Source: Phycisphaera sp. (lineage in GTDB: Bacteria; Planctomycetota; Phycisphaerae; Phycisphaerales; Phycisphaeraceae). From it: a stretch of DNA of 47,352 bases. The stretch is from contig JANQPR010000030.1 in the NCBI GenBank assembly GCA_028285385.1, positions 1-47,352 of the forward strand. Direction: 5' to 3'. Positions within the stretch are counted from its first letter, which is position 1. Every line of letters starts with the position of its first letter. Positions 20,322 to 28,262 of this stretch are shown here, in pieces. The notes beneath the pieces are model-generated. The model made no database searches, had not been told where the DNA came from, and saw only the letters and a list, made by a program, of their open reading frames with translations. Position numbers and translations under genes: made by a program.

Positions 20322-21143
20322 TCAGTCGAGAAACGCCACGTGGCGCATCGCCCGGGCCTCGGGCTCGGTGTTCATCACGACCTCGCACCACCCGTTGAGC
20401 CGGATGGTCTTGTGGTCGGGGTGACGCACCTTGCCTCGCACAAGCAACTTGGGGTTGCGACGCATGACCTGGAACCGCTCACGGCGGGCCTGGTCGGGGT
20501 TGCGACGCATCCAATCGCGGTACTTGTCACCGGTCAGGCCGGTCGGGTGTTGGCGGCTGACGTAGACCGTCTCGCCGCCGTGACGCACCAACTCATCGAC
20601 CCAGTGCGGCTTGCTCCCCGCGCCGCGCGAGAGCGGCTCGTTGCGGAGGATCAGACGGGGGTCGATGTTCGCATCGGGACGAGGGATGAAGAACCATTCA
20701 CCCTGACGCACGAACGCGCGGTTCTTGCGTCGTCTGCCGTCCCGCGCCTTGAGCCCGACGCGGGCTTCGGCGTCGTTTACGGCATTGGGCTTGAGGGCCT
20801 GCATCGCGGTCCGGACGTTGGAAGCGCGGGCCGCTTCGGGCACCGCCGCCACGAACCAGTGGCGCTCGTCGTGACCGCAGAGGAACTTCTGCCGGCCTTC
20901 GGTCGAGTCGCGGTGGTCTACTTGCAGCAGCAGGTGCCGCTCACGGGGACGCACGTCGGTGACGTCGACGCGTTCCAGCCGGTCCGGGGCGGCCGTCAGG
21001 TTGAAAAACTCACCACGACGGTCCTGTCCGATGTCGATGCTCAGGGCGCCGGTGCGCTGCCACCACAAATGCCGCTGGGGCGGGGTGATCACAGCGCGGG
21101 CGCCCACACGGGCGAACTTCTCGATCAGCATGTCGTTGTCCAT
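20322..21143 (-). CDS. Hypothetical protein (274 aa) embedded in the tRNA array
   Basis: The start was set at MDNDMLIEKF, because the longer ORF-track extension runs through tRNA-Gly(GCC). It contains two H-x-T-x tetrads (HPTG, HKTI) of uncertain significance. Confidence 0.5.
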   Translation of the reverse strand: MDNDMLIEKFARVGARAVITPPQRHLWWQRTGALSIDIGQDRRGEFFNLTAAPDRLERVDVTDVRPRERHLLLQVDHRDSTEGRQKFLCGHDERHWFVAAVPEAARASNVRTAMQALKPNAVNDAEARVGLKARDGRRRKNRAFVRQGEWFFIPRPDANIDPRLILRNEPLSRGAGSKPHWVDELVRHGGETVYVSRQHPTGLTGDKYRDWMRRNPDQARRERFQVMRRNPKLLVRGKVRHPDHKTIRLNGWCEVVMNTEPEARAMRHVAFLD

Positions 21144-21265
21144 GACATGTCCTTTCAGGGAAGTGCGAATGTTCAGCGTCAGCGCAGGCCGACGCTTCCA
21201 TGCTTCGAGGGGGTACTGGGTTCCATCGGGTCTCCTTGAGTGAGAGGGAAAGGGGGATTCGAGCA

Positions 21266-21336
21266 ATGCGGCCGACAGGAATCGAACCTGCTCCTCCGCC
21301 GTGGCGGGGCGGCGTTCTGCCGGCGAACTCCGGCCG
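21266..21336 (-). tRNA. tRNA-Gly(GCC) with C33
   Basis: Acceptor gcggccg/cggccgc. D-stem gttc/gaac. Anticodon stem ccgcc/ggcgg with loop ccgccac. T-arm gcagg-ttcgatt-cctgt. Confidence 0.55.
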
Positions 21337-21343
21337 CATGAAT

Positions 21344-21381
21344 CGGCGTCGGGGTCGATAGACCGCGACGCCGCTGAGTTT
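21344..21381. terminator. Hairpin plus T-tract just downstream of the SPFH gene
   Basis: Stem cggcgtcg ... cgacgccg, followed by ctgagtttt on the plus strand. Confidence 0.35.
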
Positions 21382-21407
21382 TCACAAGGTCCGTGTTGAA
21401 GCACCGG

Positions 21408-22568
21408 CTACGCCTCGTTGGACTCGTTGAGTTCATCGAGTACGCAGCCCGGCTTGTCTTCCGTGGCCGTCAGGCTTCGCACCTGCCCGAGCAGGTCGCC
21501 CTGGCCGAGCACGAACGTCGCCTTCGTGCCCCGGAGCACGTCCTGCAGCGCCTCGAGTTCCTTCATTCGGGCGAGCACCGGGTTATCCGCGAGGAGCTTG
21601 GCCGTGTTCGCCTGGCTCCGGGCGGCGGCGGTCTCTTCGCGCCGACGGATCAGGTTGGCTTCGGCCTGCTTCTGGGCGAGGATCACCTCGTTGAGGATCG
21701 CCTTCATGTCGCCCGGCAGGATCACGTCCCGCAAGCCAACGCCCAGCACCTCGACGCCGAACTCGGCCGCACGCTTCAACAGCGCGTTGCGCACCTCACC
21801 GCCGACCGCGTCCTTGTCGGCCAGCAGCTTGTCGAGCGCCCGCCCGCCGACCGCTTCCCGCAATGCGAGCTGCGCCTCCCGGTACAGCGCCTGGGTGTAG
21901 TCGGCGACCGTCTCAACGGCCTTGCGCACCTCGGCCACGCGGTACGACACGACCAGGTTGATCCGCAGCGTCACCTTGTCCGCCGTCATGATCTCCTGAC
22001 CCGCCACGTCGGCCACCTGCTCGCGCAGGTCGACCGACTTCCACGTGATCTTGCCGGCGTGCTTCCAGTACACGTGCAGCCCCGGGCCGAGCTCGCTGAC
22101 CAGCCCGCCCTCCCGGAACAGGAGCACGCGCTCGTGCGCCTCGACGCGGACGCCGTCGAGGAAGTTCGCCCCGCCGCGGAAGCCGAGAATCGCCTCGATC
22201 TTCAGGTGCGTGAAGGCGAAGTCGTTGACGTTGAACGTCTCGACTTCAAGCTCGGCCGGGCCGTCCCAGAACACATGCCGTCCCGGGCCGAGGACCCAGC
22301 CGAGCCGGCCGTCTTTCCACACGAGCGCCCGCTCGTCGTCCTTGAGGTCGACCACGCGCAGCTTCTCGAGCAGCGCCGGCTCACGCACGAGCACCTCGAG
22401 GAGCTTGTGATCAAACTTGGTCTGGGTCCGGTCGACCACCTCGACGCGGTCCTTGCGCAGCCGACGCCAAGGCAGCCGGTAGGCCCCGGGGGTCAGCACC
22501 TGCTTGAAGTCGCCGTGGCGGAACCACAGGCCGACTTCGTGCTTACGGATACGAGTCTTCGCAAACAT
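21408..22568 (-). CDS. SPFH / band-7 (stomatin-prohibitin) family membrane-associated protein
   Basis: Start at MFAKTRIRK, with AAAGGAG 7 nt upstream on the coding strand. The SPFH core is LVVSYRVAEVRKAVETVADYT...ILPGDMKAI, followed by a C-terminal coiled coil. Confidence 0.75.
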   Translation of the reverse strand: MFAKTRIRKHEVGLWFRHGDFKQVLTPGAYRLPWRRLRKDRVEVVDRTQTKFDHKLLEVLVREPALLEKLRVVDLKDDERALVWKDGRLGWVLGPGRHVFWDGPAELEVETFNVNDFAFTHLKIEAILGFRGGANFLDGVRVEAHERVLLFREGGLVSELGPGLHVYWKHAGKITWKSVDLREQVADVAGQEIMTADKVTLRINLVVSYRVAEVRKAVETVADYTQALYREAQLALREAVGGRALDKLLADKDAVGGEVRNALLKRAAEFGVEVLGVGLRDVILPGDMKAILNEVILAQKQAEANLIRRREETAAARSQANTAKLLADNPVLARMKELEALQDVLRGTKATFVLGQGDLLGQVRSLTATEDKPGCVLDELNESNEA

Positions 22569-22985
22569 GGTCTTGGCTCCTTTCTCTAGGAAAGCCGGTG
22601 AGAGACACACCGCCGTGAACACCACAGCGACAGAAGGAATCGATCGAAGACGAAAATGACGTGGGCCGGTCGCGGCGCCGGGTGGCGCGACGCCGGGTCG
22701 GCGGCGGGGCCGGGCTTGAGCCGGGGCAGGGAGCGCCGTCGTGAACCGGCCGGGACGCGCCGCCGCCTCACCCCCGCGGAGTGCGGTCGGCGCGCCGGGC
22801 CGGTTCACCGTTTGGGCCGCGATGGCCCCACGCTTTGCCCCGGCGGGATCCGCCCGGCCGCAGAGCCGAGTCGCCGGTGCCGGTCGCACGACCACCGTGA
22901 TTCCGAAAACCACGGCCGCCACACGCCGACCCGCCGCGCCGGTCGGGCCACGCCGGACCCACGTCGAGGGCAGACGCTACTCGCG

Positions 22986-23035
22986 TCCAAGGAGGGGGAT
23001 TCGAACCCCGAGGGTGGGCAAACCCTTGCCGTTCC
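22986..23035 (-). pseudogene. tRNA 3'-fragment (T-arm ggggg-ttcgaat-ccccc plus acceptor) with no matching 5' half
   Basis: gagggggattcgaacccc on the plus strand. No complementary 5' acceptor or anticodon arm was found. Confidence 0.3.
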
Positions 23036-23102
23036 AGGCAGGAATCGAACCTGCGACCGACGGATTCATCGTCCGTTGCTCTAACCGACTGAGCTACTGG
23101 TT
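23030..23102 (-). pseudogene. tRNA-like (Ile/Ala-type D-arm tagctcagtcggttagagc) with aberrant anticodon loop cgatgaa and only 4 acceptor pairs; probable pseudo-tRNA
   Basis: T-arm gcagg-ttcgatt-cctgc. Anticodon stem acgga/tccgt. The acceptor pairs caaccag with ctggaac. Confidence 0.3.
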
Positions 23103-23175
23103 GATGTCAGACCGGAGTCGAACCGGTGTCTCCGGGATAACGGTCCCAGCGCTCTTCCTGTTGAGCTACTGACGC
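23103..23175 (-). tRNA. tRNA-like with abnormal anticodon loop (6- or 8-nt; stem ctggg(a)/(t)cccgg)
   Basis: Acceptor gcgtcag/ctgacat with one mismatch. D-arm tagctcaacaggaagagc. T-arm accgg-ttcgact-ccggt. The anticodon is undetermined. Confidence 0.35.
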
Positions 23176-23268
23176 CCCCGTACAGCCCGGCAGAACCCGT
23201 GTCGCGGAACGCCGACCGCTGATCGCAAAGCGAAGCGGGTGACGCCGCCGGACGAGCCGTACGGTTAA

Positions 23269-23341
23269 CACGCGCGAAAGGACTCGAACCTCTACCTTGC
23301 GGATTTGGAATCCGCCGCTCTACCGATTGAGCTACACGCGC
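23269..23341 (-). tRNA. tRNA-Trp(CCA)
   Basis: Anticodon stem gcgga/tccgc with loop ttccaaa. D-arm tagctcaatcggtagagc. T-loop ttcgagt. Confidence 0.7.
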
Positions 23342-23364
23342 AGACAATGCGATCCCAAGCATAG

Positions 23365-23436
23365 CTGCACCGGCAGGAGTCGAACCCGCAACCCGCTCCT
23401 TAACAGGGAGCCGCACTACCGTTGTGCTGCGGTGCA
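23365..23436 (-). tRNA. tRNA-Asn(GTT)
   Basis: Acceptor tgcaccg/cggtgca. D-stem gcac/gtgc. Anticodon stem gctcc/ggagc with loop ctgttaa. Confidence 0.7.
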
Positions 23437-23602
23437 TTTGGACCGAAGTGACCGAATATTTTCGTTGACAACTCCGACATGATGGCTTTATGGTCGAGTC
23501 GGACGCGGCGCGATGTCGTACCCGTCACTGCGTGCCCACCGCGGCGATTTCGGGTGGCCGTTGGTTCATCCCAGAACCGTATTTTGGTCAAGGAGGAGTT
23601 TC

Positions 23603-24313
23603 ATGCGCTGTCTATGCTTTGCTTCTGTCGCGGTGGTGGTTTGTTTGACATCGGTTAGCTCCGCCATGGCGGCTATCGATCCGGTGGGCTCGAGCCTGAC
23701 GACGGCCACCAATGTCCGCGTGCCGACCAACAACACCCTCGACTCGGATACCGACACCGATTCCCAAGGGGCCGTGATCCTTCCGTTGGACTCGTCGGTT
23801 TCGTCGAGTTTCTCCAGTATCAACGGATCGATTCAGTCGGACGCTACGGCGAACGCGACCTGGAGCGGCCCCGGCGAAGGCAGCTTGACTTACGAGTTTG
23901 TTTCGAATGTCGAGGCCATCAATTTGAACAGCCCGGGGACCTCGTCTTCATACGAGTGGACTTACAGCTTTATCCTCGACCAACCCGCCGAACTGTCCTT
24001 CGTGGCGGAATCGGTCCTTCAGTTCAATGACAATCCGTCGCGAGTTGACCAGTTCATCTTTTTCACGATCGACGGCGTCAGGCAGGAGGCCAACGGTCCC
24101 ACGATGAGGAGTCTTGCCATCGGCGCTCATACGATTGGATTCGATAACTTCCTGGGCGTCGGTGGCGGAGGTAGTTCTACTAACGTTACTCGGCTCTCCC
24201 CCGGTTCGGTCGATTGGCGGATCACGATCGTGCCTGAGCCGGCTTCCTGTCTTGTGTTCGCCTCGATGGCTTCGGTCTTTTTGATGCCGCGTCGAATCTG
24301 TTCTTGCCGTTAG
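23603..24313 (+). CDS. PEP-CTERM secreted protein (third paralogue class), located inside the tRNA array on the opposite strand
   Basis: AAGGAGG RBS. Signal peptide MRCLCFASVAVVVCLTSVSSAMA. C-terminal IVPEPASCLVFASMASVFLMPRR. Confidence 0.6.
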   Translation: MRCLCFASVAVVVCLTSVSSAMAAIDPVGSSLTTATNVRVPTNNTLDSDTDTDSQGAVILPLDSSVSSSFSSINGSIQSDATANATWSGPGEGSLTYEFVSNVEAINLNSPGTSSSYEWTYSFILDQPAELSFVAESVLQFNDNPSRVDQFIFFTIDGVRQEANGPTMRSLAIGAHTIGFDNFLGVGGGGSSTNVTRLSPGSVDWRITIVPEPASCLVFASMASVFLMPRRICSCR

Positions 24314-24347
24314 TGGTACTTGGGCCACCGTGTTTCACGGCTATCAA

Positions 24348-24420
24348 CCGCCCCGGCGGGACTCGAACCCGCACCATCCCGTTTAGAAGACGGGTGCTCT
24401 TCCGGTTAAGCGACGGGGCA
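24348..24420 (-). tRNA. tRNA-Arg(TCT)
   Basis: Anticodon stem cccgt/acggg with loop cttctaa. T-arm gcggg-ttcgagt-cccgc. Confidence 0.65.
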
Positions 24421-24500
24421 CCCCGGAAGGGGCGTGCGTGGCGGCGGCGAGCAGTTTGGTCATGCGCCATCGCTTGCGAGAGATCCGGAGACCAAGGAGA

Positions 24501-24573
24501 AGCTGGCGGCCGGATTCGAACCGGCGTGATCCGTATTACGAGTACGGCGCTTGAGCCACTCAGCCACACCAGC
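24501..24573 (-). tRNA. tRNA-Thr(CGT)
   Basis: Acceptor gctggtg/cgccagc. Anticodon stem ccgta/tacgg with loop ctcgtaa. T-arm gccgg-ttcgaat-ccggc. Confidence 0.65.
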
Positions 24574-24584
24574 GCTGGAGTAAG

Positions 24585-24657
24585 TGACCCCCGTGGGATT
24601 CGAACCCACACCCAACGGATTAAAAGTCCGCTGCTCTGCCGATCGAGCTACGGGGTC
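24585..24657 (-). tRNA. tRNA-Lys(TTT)
   Basis: D-arm tagctcgatcggcagagc. Anticodon stem gcgga/tccgt with loop cttttaa. T-arm gtggg-ttcgaat-cccac. Confidence 0.7.
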
Positions 24658-24686
24658 GACGCCACAGATCGACAACCAACTTGGAA

Positions 24687-24760
24687 TGAAACGGGTGGGC
24701 CACGATCCCACAACCTGCCGGTTAAGAGCCGGCTGCTCTGCCTGTTTGAGCTACCGTTTC
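24687..24760 (-). tRNA. tRNA-Lys(CTT) with non-canonical T-loop ATCGTGG
   Basis: Acceptor gaaacgg/ccgtttc. Anticodon stem gccgg/ccggc with loop ctcttaa. Confidence 0.55.
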
Positions 24761-25473
24761 AGAAAAAAAGGCTTTAGCGCAAGTTCTTGCCTTCTTGCCG
24801 GTGATCGCCCGGCGGGTCTGACCCGCCGAACGCTGCACACGGGGTGGTTAGCCCCTGCACCGACTTTGCCCCTGTTGTTGCGGTGTTGGCCGCACGCAAC
24901 AGCACGCAGGTCCTGCACGGCTGTTCTGAGGTAGGTGTCGAAGGTTGGCCGACCCCGACACCGCTCCCATCCGTTTTGGACGCCTGGGACGTCCGCCGCC
25001 GATCCCTTTCGGGCAGGCGCGGCCGGGTTTCCCCTGCCGCCGTAGGCACTTCCAGACTCGTGCAGTGACGCCTTGCGCGGTCTCCCGCGCTTTCCCAGGA
25101 CCACAACCCGGCGCTCAGAGAGCTGCCTCCGGGTTTCTAGAGTGGTCGATCGGTTCCTGCGATAGGCATCCCAATCCGCAGGTTCCGCGGGCCCGCACTC
25201 CGTGGGTGGCACCACGGCTCAAGGCCCTTGGCTGCTAAGGGTTTCACGCCTGCCACGGCGCTGATCCCTCCCCGGGCGGGTCGGCATCGTTGCGGCGCTG
25301 CCACGCCGCTCAGCCGAGCCGGGTTCCCCCTATCACGCGTTCGCGTGCCCGCCGCCCCGATCAGGCAGACAGGTTTGGTTCCCGAGGGCTGGGAGAACCG
25401 ACCCGACACGCACCTCACGTGTCGGAGCCGGGTAGGAGAGAAAAAGCATTTGAAACCAACACGCCGGCCGGGC

Positions 25474-26706
25474 TCAGTCCTTGTAGGGGTCGAGCTCGTC
25501 CTCGCCCGCCATCGCCACACCGATCGGCGTGAGCGTGTGGACAATGCGCACGGTGTCGCCGTGGGCCGCGAGCACCTCGGGGAGGCGCTTGTAGCAGTGC
25601 GGCGACTCGTCGGTGCCGGCGCCGCGAAGCTCGACACCGGCCTTCTTGACCCAGGCCTTCATCATCGCCGGGGTGATCTGGCCTTCGGTCTTGCGAACAA
25701 AACCTCCGGCCTTCTTGTCCCAGCGCTTCTTGCCTGCGGCCTGGGTCCGGCTCATCACCCGCCCGGCGCCGTGGACGGTCGAGTGCAGCGTCTTGACGCC
25801 GTCCTCGCTCTCGACCCCCTCGAGGACGACCGAGATGTCGCCCATCGACCCGCCGACAAACCCGCGTTGCCCCGGGAACGCCGGCGTCGCGCCCTTGCGG
25901 ACGACCCAGACTTCGAGCTCGTGGCCGTCGATCTCTTGGGTTTCCTTCCAGGCGAAGTTGTGGTGGTTGTGAACCTCCTCCACGATCTTCGTCTTGAGGA
26001 GCCGGGCGACCTTCTGGCACACCCAGTCGCGGCCCGCATAGGCGTAGCGCCCCGCCAGGTGCATGCACCGCAGGTACGACTCGCCCAGGTGGGAGTGCTC
26101 GTGGAACAGTACCGGCGCGACGTGCATGCCGTCCGTGCCACCGCCTTTCTCCACAAAGAACTTCGCGAGCCGGTGGCCGAGGCCGCGGGAGCCAAAGTGC
26201 ACGCCGCACCACACGCGGTCTTGCTCGTCCACGAACAGGTCGACGTAGTGGTTACCCGAGCCGACGGTACCGAGCTGCTTACGGGCCAACTCTTTGAGGT
26301 TCTGTGCGCCGCGGACGCGGATGCGCAGGCCATCGACGAGGCCCCATGCTTCGTCATCGAACAGTTCGTGGTCGACGTCCTCCTGGTTCTTCCGGCCGAC
26401 GCCGAATGAGATCTCCCGGTAGATCAGGTCCATGATCTTGCCGATGCCGCGCTTGACGTCATCGGCCTTGAGGTCGAGGCGGACGGCCTTGTTGCCGCAG
26501 GCGATGTCGTAGCCCACGCCGGACGGCGAGACCATGCCGTGGTACGCCACCACGCCGCCGATCGGCATCGCGTAGCCGACGTGGTGGTCACCCATCAGTG
26601 CCCCGGCCGCCGCGTCCTTGTCGGCCAGGCAGGTCTGGATCTGACGCACGGCCTGCGCATCTGGCACGCCCCAGACCGGCACGCCTTCCATCATCGTGCA
26701 ACCCAT
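25474..26706 (-). CDS. rtcB: RNA-splicing ligase RtcB (3'-phosphate/5'-OH RNA ligase)
   Basis: The conserved RtcB blocks are full length: GYAMPIGGV, GYDIACG, GSGNHYVDL, HFGSRGLGH and GAGR. The start was set at MGCTMMEG; the ORF-track N-terminal extension overlaps tRNA-Gly(TCC). Confidence 0.85.
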   Translation of the reverse strand: MGCTMMEGVPVWGVPDAQAVRQIQTCLADKDAAAGALMGDHHVGYAMPIGGVVAYHGMVSPSGVGYDIACGNKAVRLDLKADDVKRGIGKIMDLIYREISFGVGRKNQEDVDHELFDDEAWGLVDGLRIRVRGAQNLKELARKQLGTVGSGNHYVDLFVDEQDRVWCGVHFGSRGLGHRLAKFFVEKGGGTDGMHVAPVLFHEHSHLGESYLRCMHLAGRYAYAGRDWVCQKVARLLKTKIVEEVHNHHNFAWKETQEIDGHELEVWVVRKGATPAFPGQRGFVGGSMGDISVVLEGVESEDGVKTLHSTVHGAGRVMSRTQAAGKKRWDKKAGGFVRKTEGQITPAMMKAWVKKAGVELRGAGTDESPHCYKRLPEVLAAHGDTVRIVHTLTPIGVAMAGEDELDPYKD

Positions 26707-26756
26707 GTCACACCTCGCTTCCTTTCTACGTTCTCGTGTTTCTTCTTGGTGTTCAA

Positions 26757-26830
26757 TGCGTCGTGCCGGAATCGAACCGGCGGCCTCCGGATTGGAAGTC
26801 CGGCGCTCGGCCATCGTGAGCTCACGACGC
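26757..26830 (-). tRNA. tRNA-Gly(TCC)
   Basis: Acceptor gcgtcgt/acgacgc, a perfect pair. Anticodon stem ccgga/tccgg with loop cttccaa. It lies 50 nt upstream of the rtcB start. Confidence 0.75.
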
Positions 26831-26887
26831 GGAGGGTCTGCATCCTGCCGCTCCGAGCGAATCATTCCTTAAAAGTAGTAGTCACGG

Positions 26888-27142
26888 TTAACGCCGTCGT
26901 ACCGGCCCGTCTTCATGCAGCACTTCTTGAAAGGACTTGCCGGAACCGCAGGGGCAGCGGTCGTTGCGCCCGAGCTTCTCGATCAACTCCTTGTTGCCGT
27001 GCACGACCCGGTTGCCGCGCTTGACGTTCGTTTCGGACGGGAACCCTTTCCTTCGCTTGCTGGTGACCTCAAAAATAGAACTCGTCGTACGTCTCGTTGT
27101 GTGGATGCACGGGGCACCTCCTTTCAAATGGAAAGTGATCAA
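26888..27142 (-). CDS. Small SEC-C zinc-motif protein (84 aa)
   Basis: C-terminal [14 protein letters not shown] is a SEC-C metal-binding motif. The start codon abuts the tRNA-Pro(CGG) 3' end, so the true start and expression are uncertain. Confidence 0.35.
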   Translation of the reverse strand: MITFHLKGGAPCIHTTRRTTSSIFEVTSKRRKGFPSETNVKRGNRVVHGNKELIEKLGRNDRCPCGSGKSFQEVLHEDGPVRRR

Positions 27143-27143
27143 G

Positions 27144-27217
27144 TCAGGGCAGCAGGACTCGAACCTGCGACCTCCCCGATCCGAACGGGGCGCTCTGGCC
27201 GGCTGAGCTACACCCTG
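27144..27217 (-). tRNA. tRNA-Pro(CGG)
   Basis: Anticodon stem ccccg/cgggg with loop ttcggat. D-arm tagctcagccggccagagc. Confidence 0.7.
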
Positions 27218-27271
27218 GCGATGGTGTGGTGAGTCACGCGGACGACGCGCAACCTCCCATGGCTAGGCAAG

Positions 27272-27346
27272 GGTGACGGACGGGACTCGAACCCGCTTCC
27301 GCCGGGTTCACCGCCCGGCACCTCGGCCACTTCGGCTTCCGCCACC
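27272..27346 (-). tRNA. tRNA-His(GTG)-like: 8-bp acceptor stem (G-1:C73) but G33 in the anticodon loop
   Basis: Acceptor ggtggcgg/ccgtcacc. Anticodon stem (g)ccggg/cccgg(c) with loop cggtgaa. T-arm gcggg-ttcgagt-cccgt. Confidence 0.45.
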
Positions 27347-27393
27347 ATCAACCCCGGGGCGCAGTCAAGCTTCGCGGCTTACTTCCGGGGGAA

Positions 27394-27466
27394 TCAGAGC
27401 GGCAGGGTTCGAACCTGCGGCCTCCCGGTCCCAAGCCGGGCGCTCTGCCGACCGAGCTCCGCTCTG
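27394..27466 (-). tRNA. tRNA-Pro(TGG)
   Basis: Acceptor cagagcg/cgctctg (C1:G72). Anticodon stem cccgg/ccggg with loop cttggga. Confidence 0.7.
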
Positions 27467-27481
27467 TCGCGATCAACGCGG

Positions 27482-27552
27482 TGGAGAAGGCGGGACTCGA
27501 ACCCGCATCACCCGCTTGCAAGGCGGGGGCTCTTCCGTTGAGCTACATCCCC
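27482..27552 (-). tRNA. tRNA-Ala(TGC)
   Basis: The G3:U70 identity pair is present. Anticodon stem cccgc/gcggg with loop cttgcaa. Confidence 0.65.
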
Positions 27553-27564
27553 GAGACAATCGAA

Positions 27565-27638
27565 TATCGCCGGGAGGATTCGAACCTCCAACCCCCGGGA
27601 TCTCGGCCCGGGCCCTCTGCCAGTTGGGGTACGGCGAC
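27565..27638 (-). tRNA. Class-I tRNA with anticodon GAG (nominally Leu) and C33; discriminator A73
   Basis: Acceptor gtcgccg/cggcgat. D-arm ta-cccc-aactggca-gagg. Anticodon stem ccggg/cccgg with loop ccgagat. The variable loop is 5 nt. Confidence 0.45.
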
Positions 27639-27657
27639 ACGTTGGTGACACGACAAA

Positions 27658-27730
27658 TACCGCCGGCAGGATTCGAACCTGCACTGAACCGATTCTGAGT
27701 CGGTGCCCTCTTCCGTTGGGGTACGGCGGC
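27658..27730 (-). tRNA. Class-I tRNA with anticodon CAG (nominally Leu), short variable loop; discriminator A73; paralogue of the preceding gene
   Basis: Acceptor gccgccg/cggcggt. Anticodon stem accga/tcggt with loop ctcagaa. The variable loop is tcagt. Confidence 0.5.
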
Positions 27731-27751
27731 TGATCAGGCGTAAGACAGCAG

Positions 27752-27823
27752 TCACTCCGGCAAGACTCGAACTTGCAGCCTTCGGCTTCGGAAACCGATG
27801 CTCTTCCGTTGAGCTACGGAGTG
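27752..27823 (-). tRNA. tRNA-Arg(CCG)
   Basis: Acceptor cactccg/cggagtg. Anticodon stem tcggt/gccga with loop ttccgaa. Confidence 0.65.
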
Positions 27824-27866
27824 TCGTAGGTGCGATCAACCGGCAGTAACGGGCGTGCCCGATGAA

Positions 27867-27937
27867 CGAGGCCGGCGGGAGTCGAACCCGCAACCGCCGG
27901 TTCAAAGCCGGCCGCTCTGCCGTTGAGCTACGGCCCG
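27867..27937 (-). tRNA. tRNA-Gln(TTG)
   Basis: Anticodon stem gccgg/ccggc with loop ctttgaa. T-arm gcggg-ttcgact-cccgc. The 1:72 pair is a mismatch. Confidence 0.6.
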
Positions 27938-27947
27938 GTTGTCGCAG

Positions 27948-28020
27948 TCACCCCGGCAGGACTCGAACCTGCAACCGCCGGATTCGTAGTCCGGGGCTCT
28001 TCCGATTGAGCTACGAGGTG
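27948..28020 (-). tRNA. tRNA-Arg(ACG)
   Basis: Acceptor cacctcg/cggggtg. Anticodon stem ccgga/tccgg with loop ctacgaa. Confidence 0.7.
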
Positions 28021-28026
28021 ATCCAA

Positions 28027-28100
28027 CGGCACTGGCGGGCCTCGAACCCGCGACCTCTTCCGTGACAGGGAAGCGCTCTGGCCAACTGAGCTACAGCACC
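28027..28100 (-). tRNA. tRNA-Asp(GTC)
   Basis: Anticodon stem cttcc/ggaag with loop ctgtcac. D-arm tagctcagttggccagagc. Confidence 0.7.
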
Positions 28101-28185
28101 TTCGAGCCGTGCAGGGCCAAGCCCCCGTGCGTCGTCGTCCGCCTTACCGCGACGCGCGTCTATAACACGGCTCGTGGCACGCCAA

Positions 28186-28257
28186 TCGACCCGGGAGGAT
28201 TCGAACCTCCGGCCTGCCGGTTATCAGCCGGCCGCTCTGCCACTGAGCTACGGGTCA
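28186..28257 (-). tRNA. tRNA-Ile(GAT)
   Basis: Anticodon stem gccgg/ccggc with loop ctgataa. T-arm ggagg-ttcgaat-cctcc. Confidence 0.7.
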
Positions 28258-28262
28258 GTTGC

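Noticed and set aside
20322-21143. Calling the 274-aa protein a 2H phosphoesterase because of two HxTx tetrads
   Set aside because: The spacing (~45 aa) and context do not fit LigT/2H folds well. The function is left unknown.
21144-21265. Additional tRNA suggested by ggattcgagc near 21255
   Set aside because: Only a T-loop-like hexamer is present with no stems. It lies in the 5' leader of the 274-aa gene.
20118-23172. Long plus-strand ORFs from the track (20118-21239, 21393-22589, 22656-23084, 22741-23172) and many Arg/Pro-rich ORFs across 24.3-29.3 kb
   Set aside because: They lie antisense to, or overlapping, well-supported minus-strand genes and tRNAs. They have low-complexity composition typical of spurious high-GC ORFs.
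24761-25473. RNase P RNA, tmRNA or SRP RNA in the non-coding stretch
   Set aside because: I searched both strands for the P4 motif GGAAAGUCCGGGCUCC, tmRNA 5'/3' termini and the SRP domain-IV motif and found no match. The stretch is left as unexplained.
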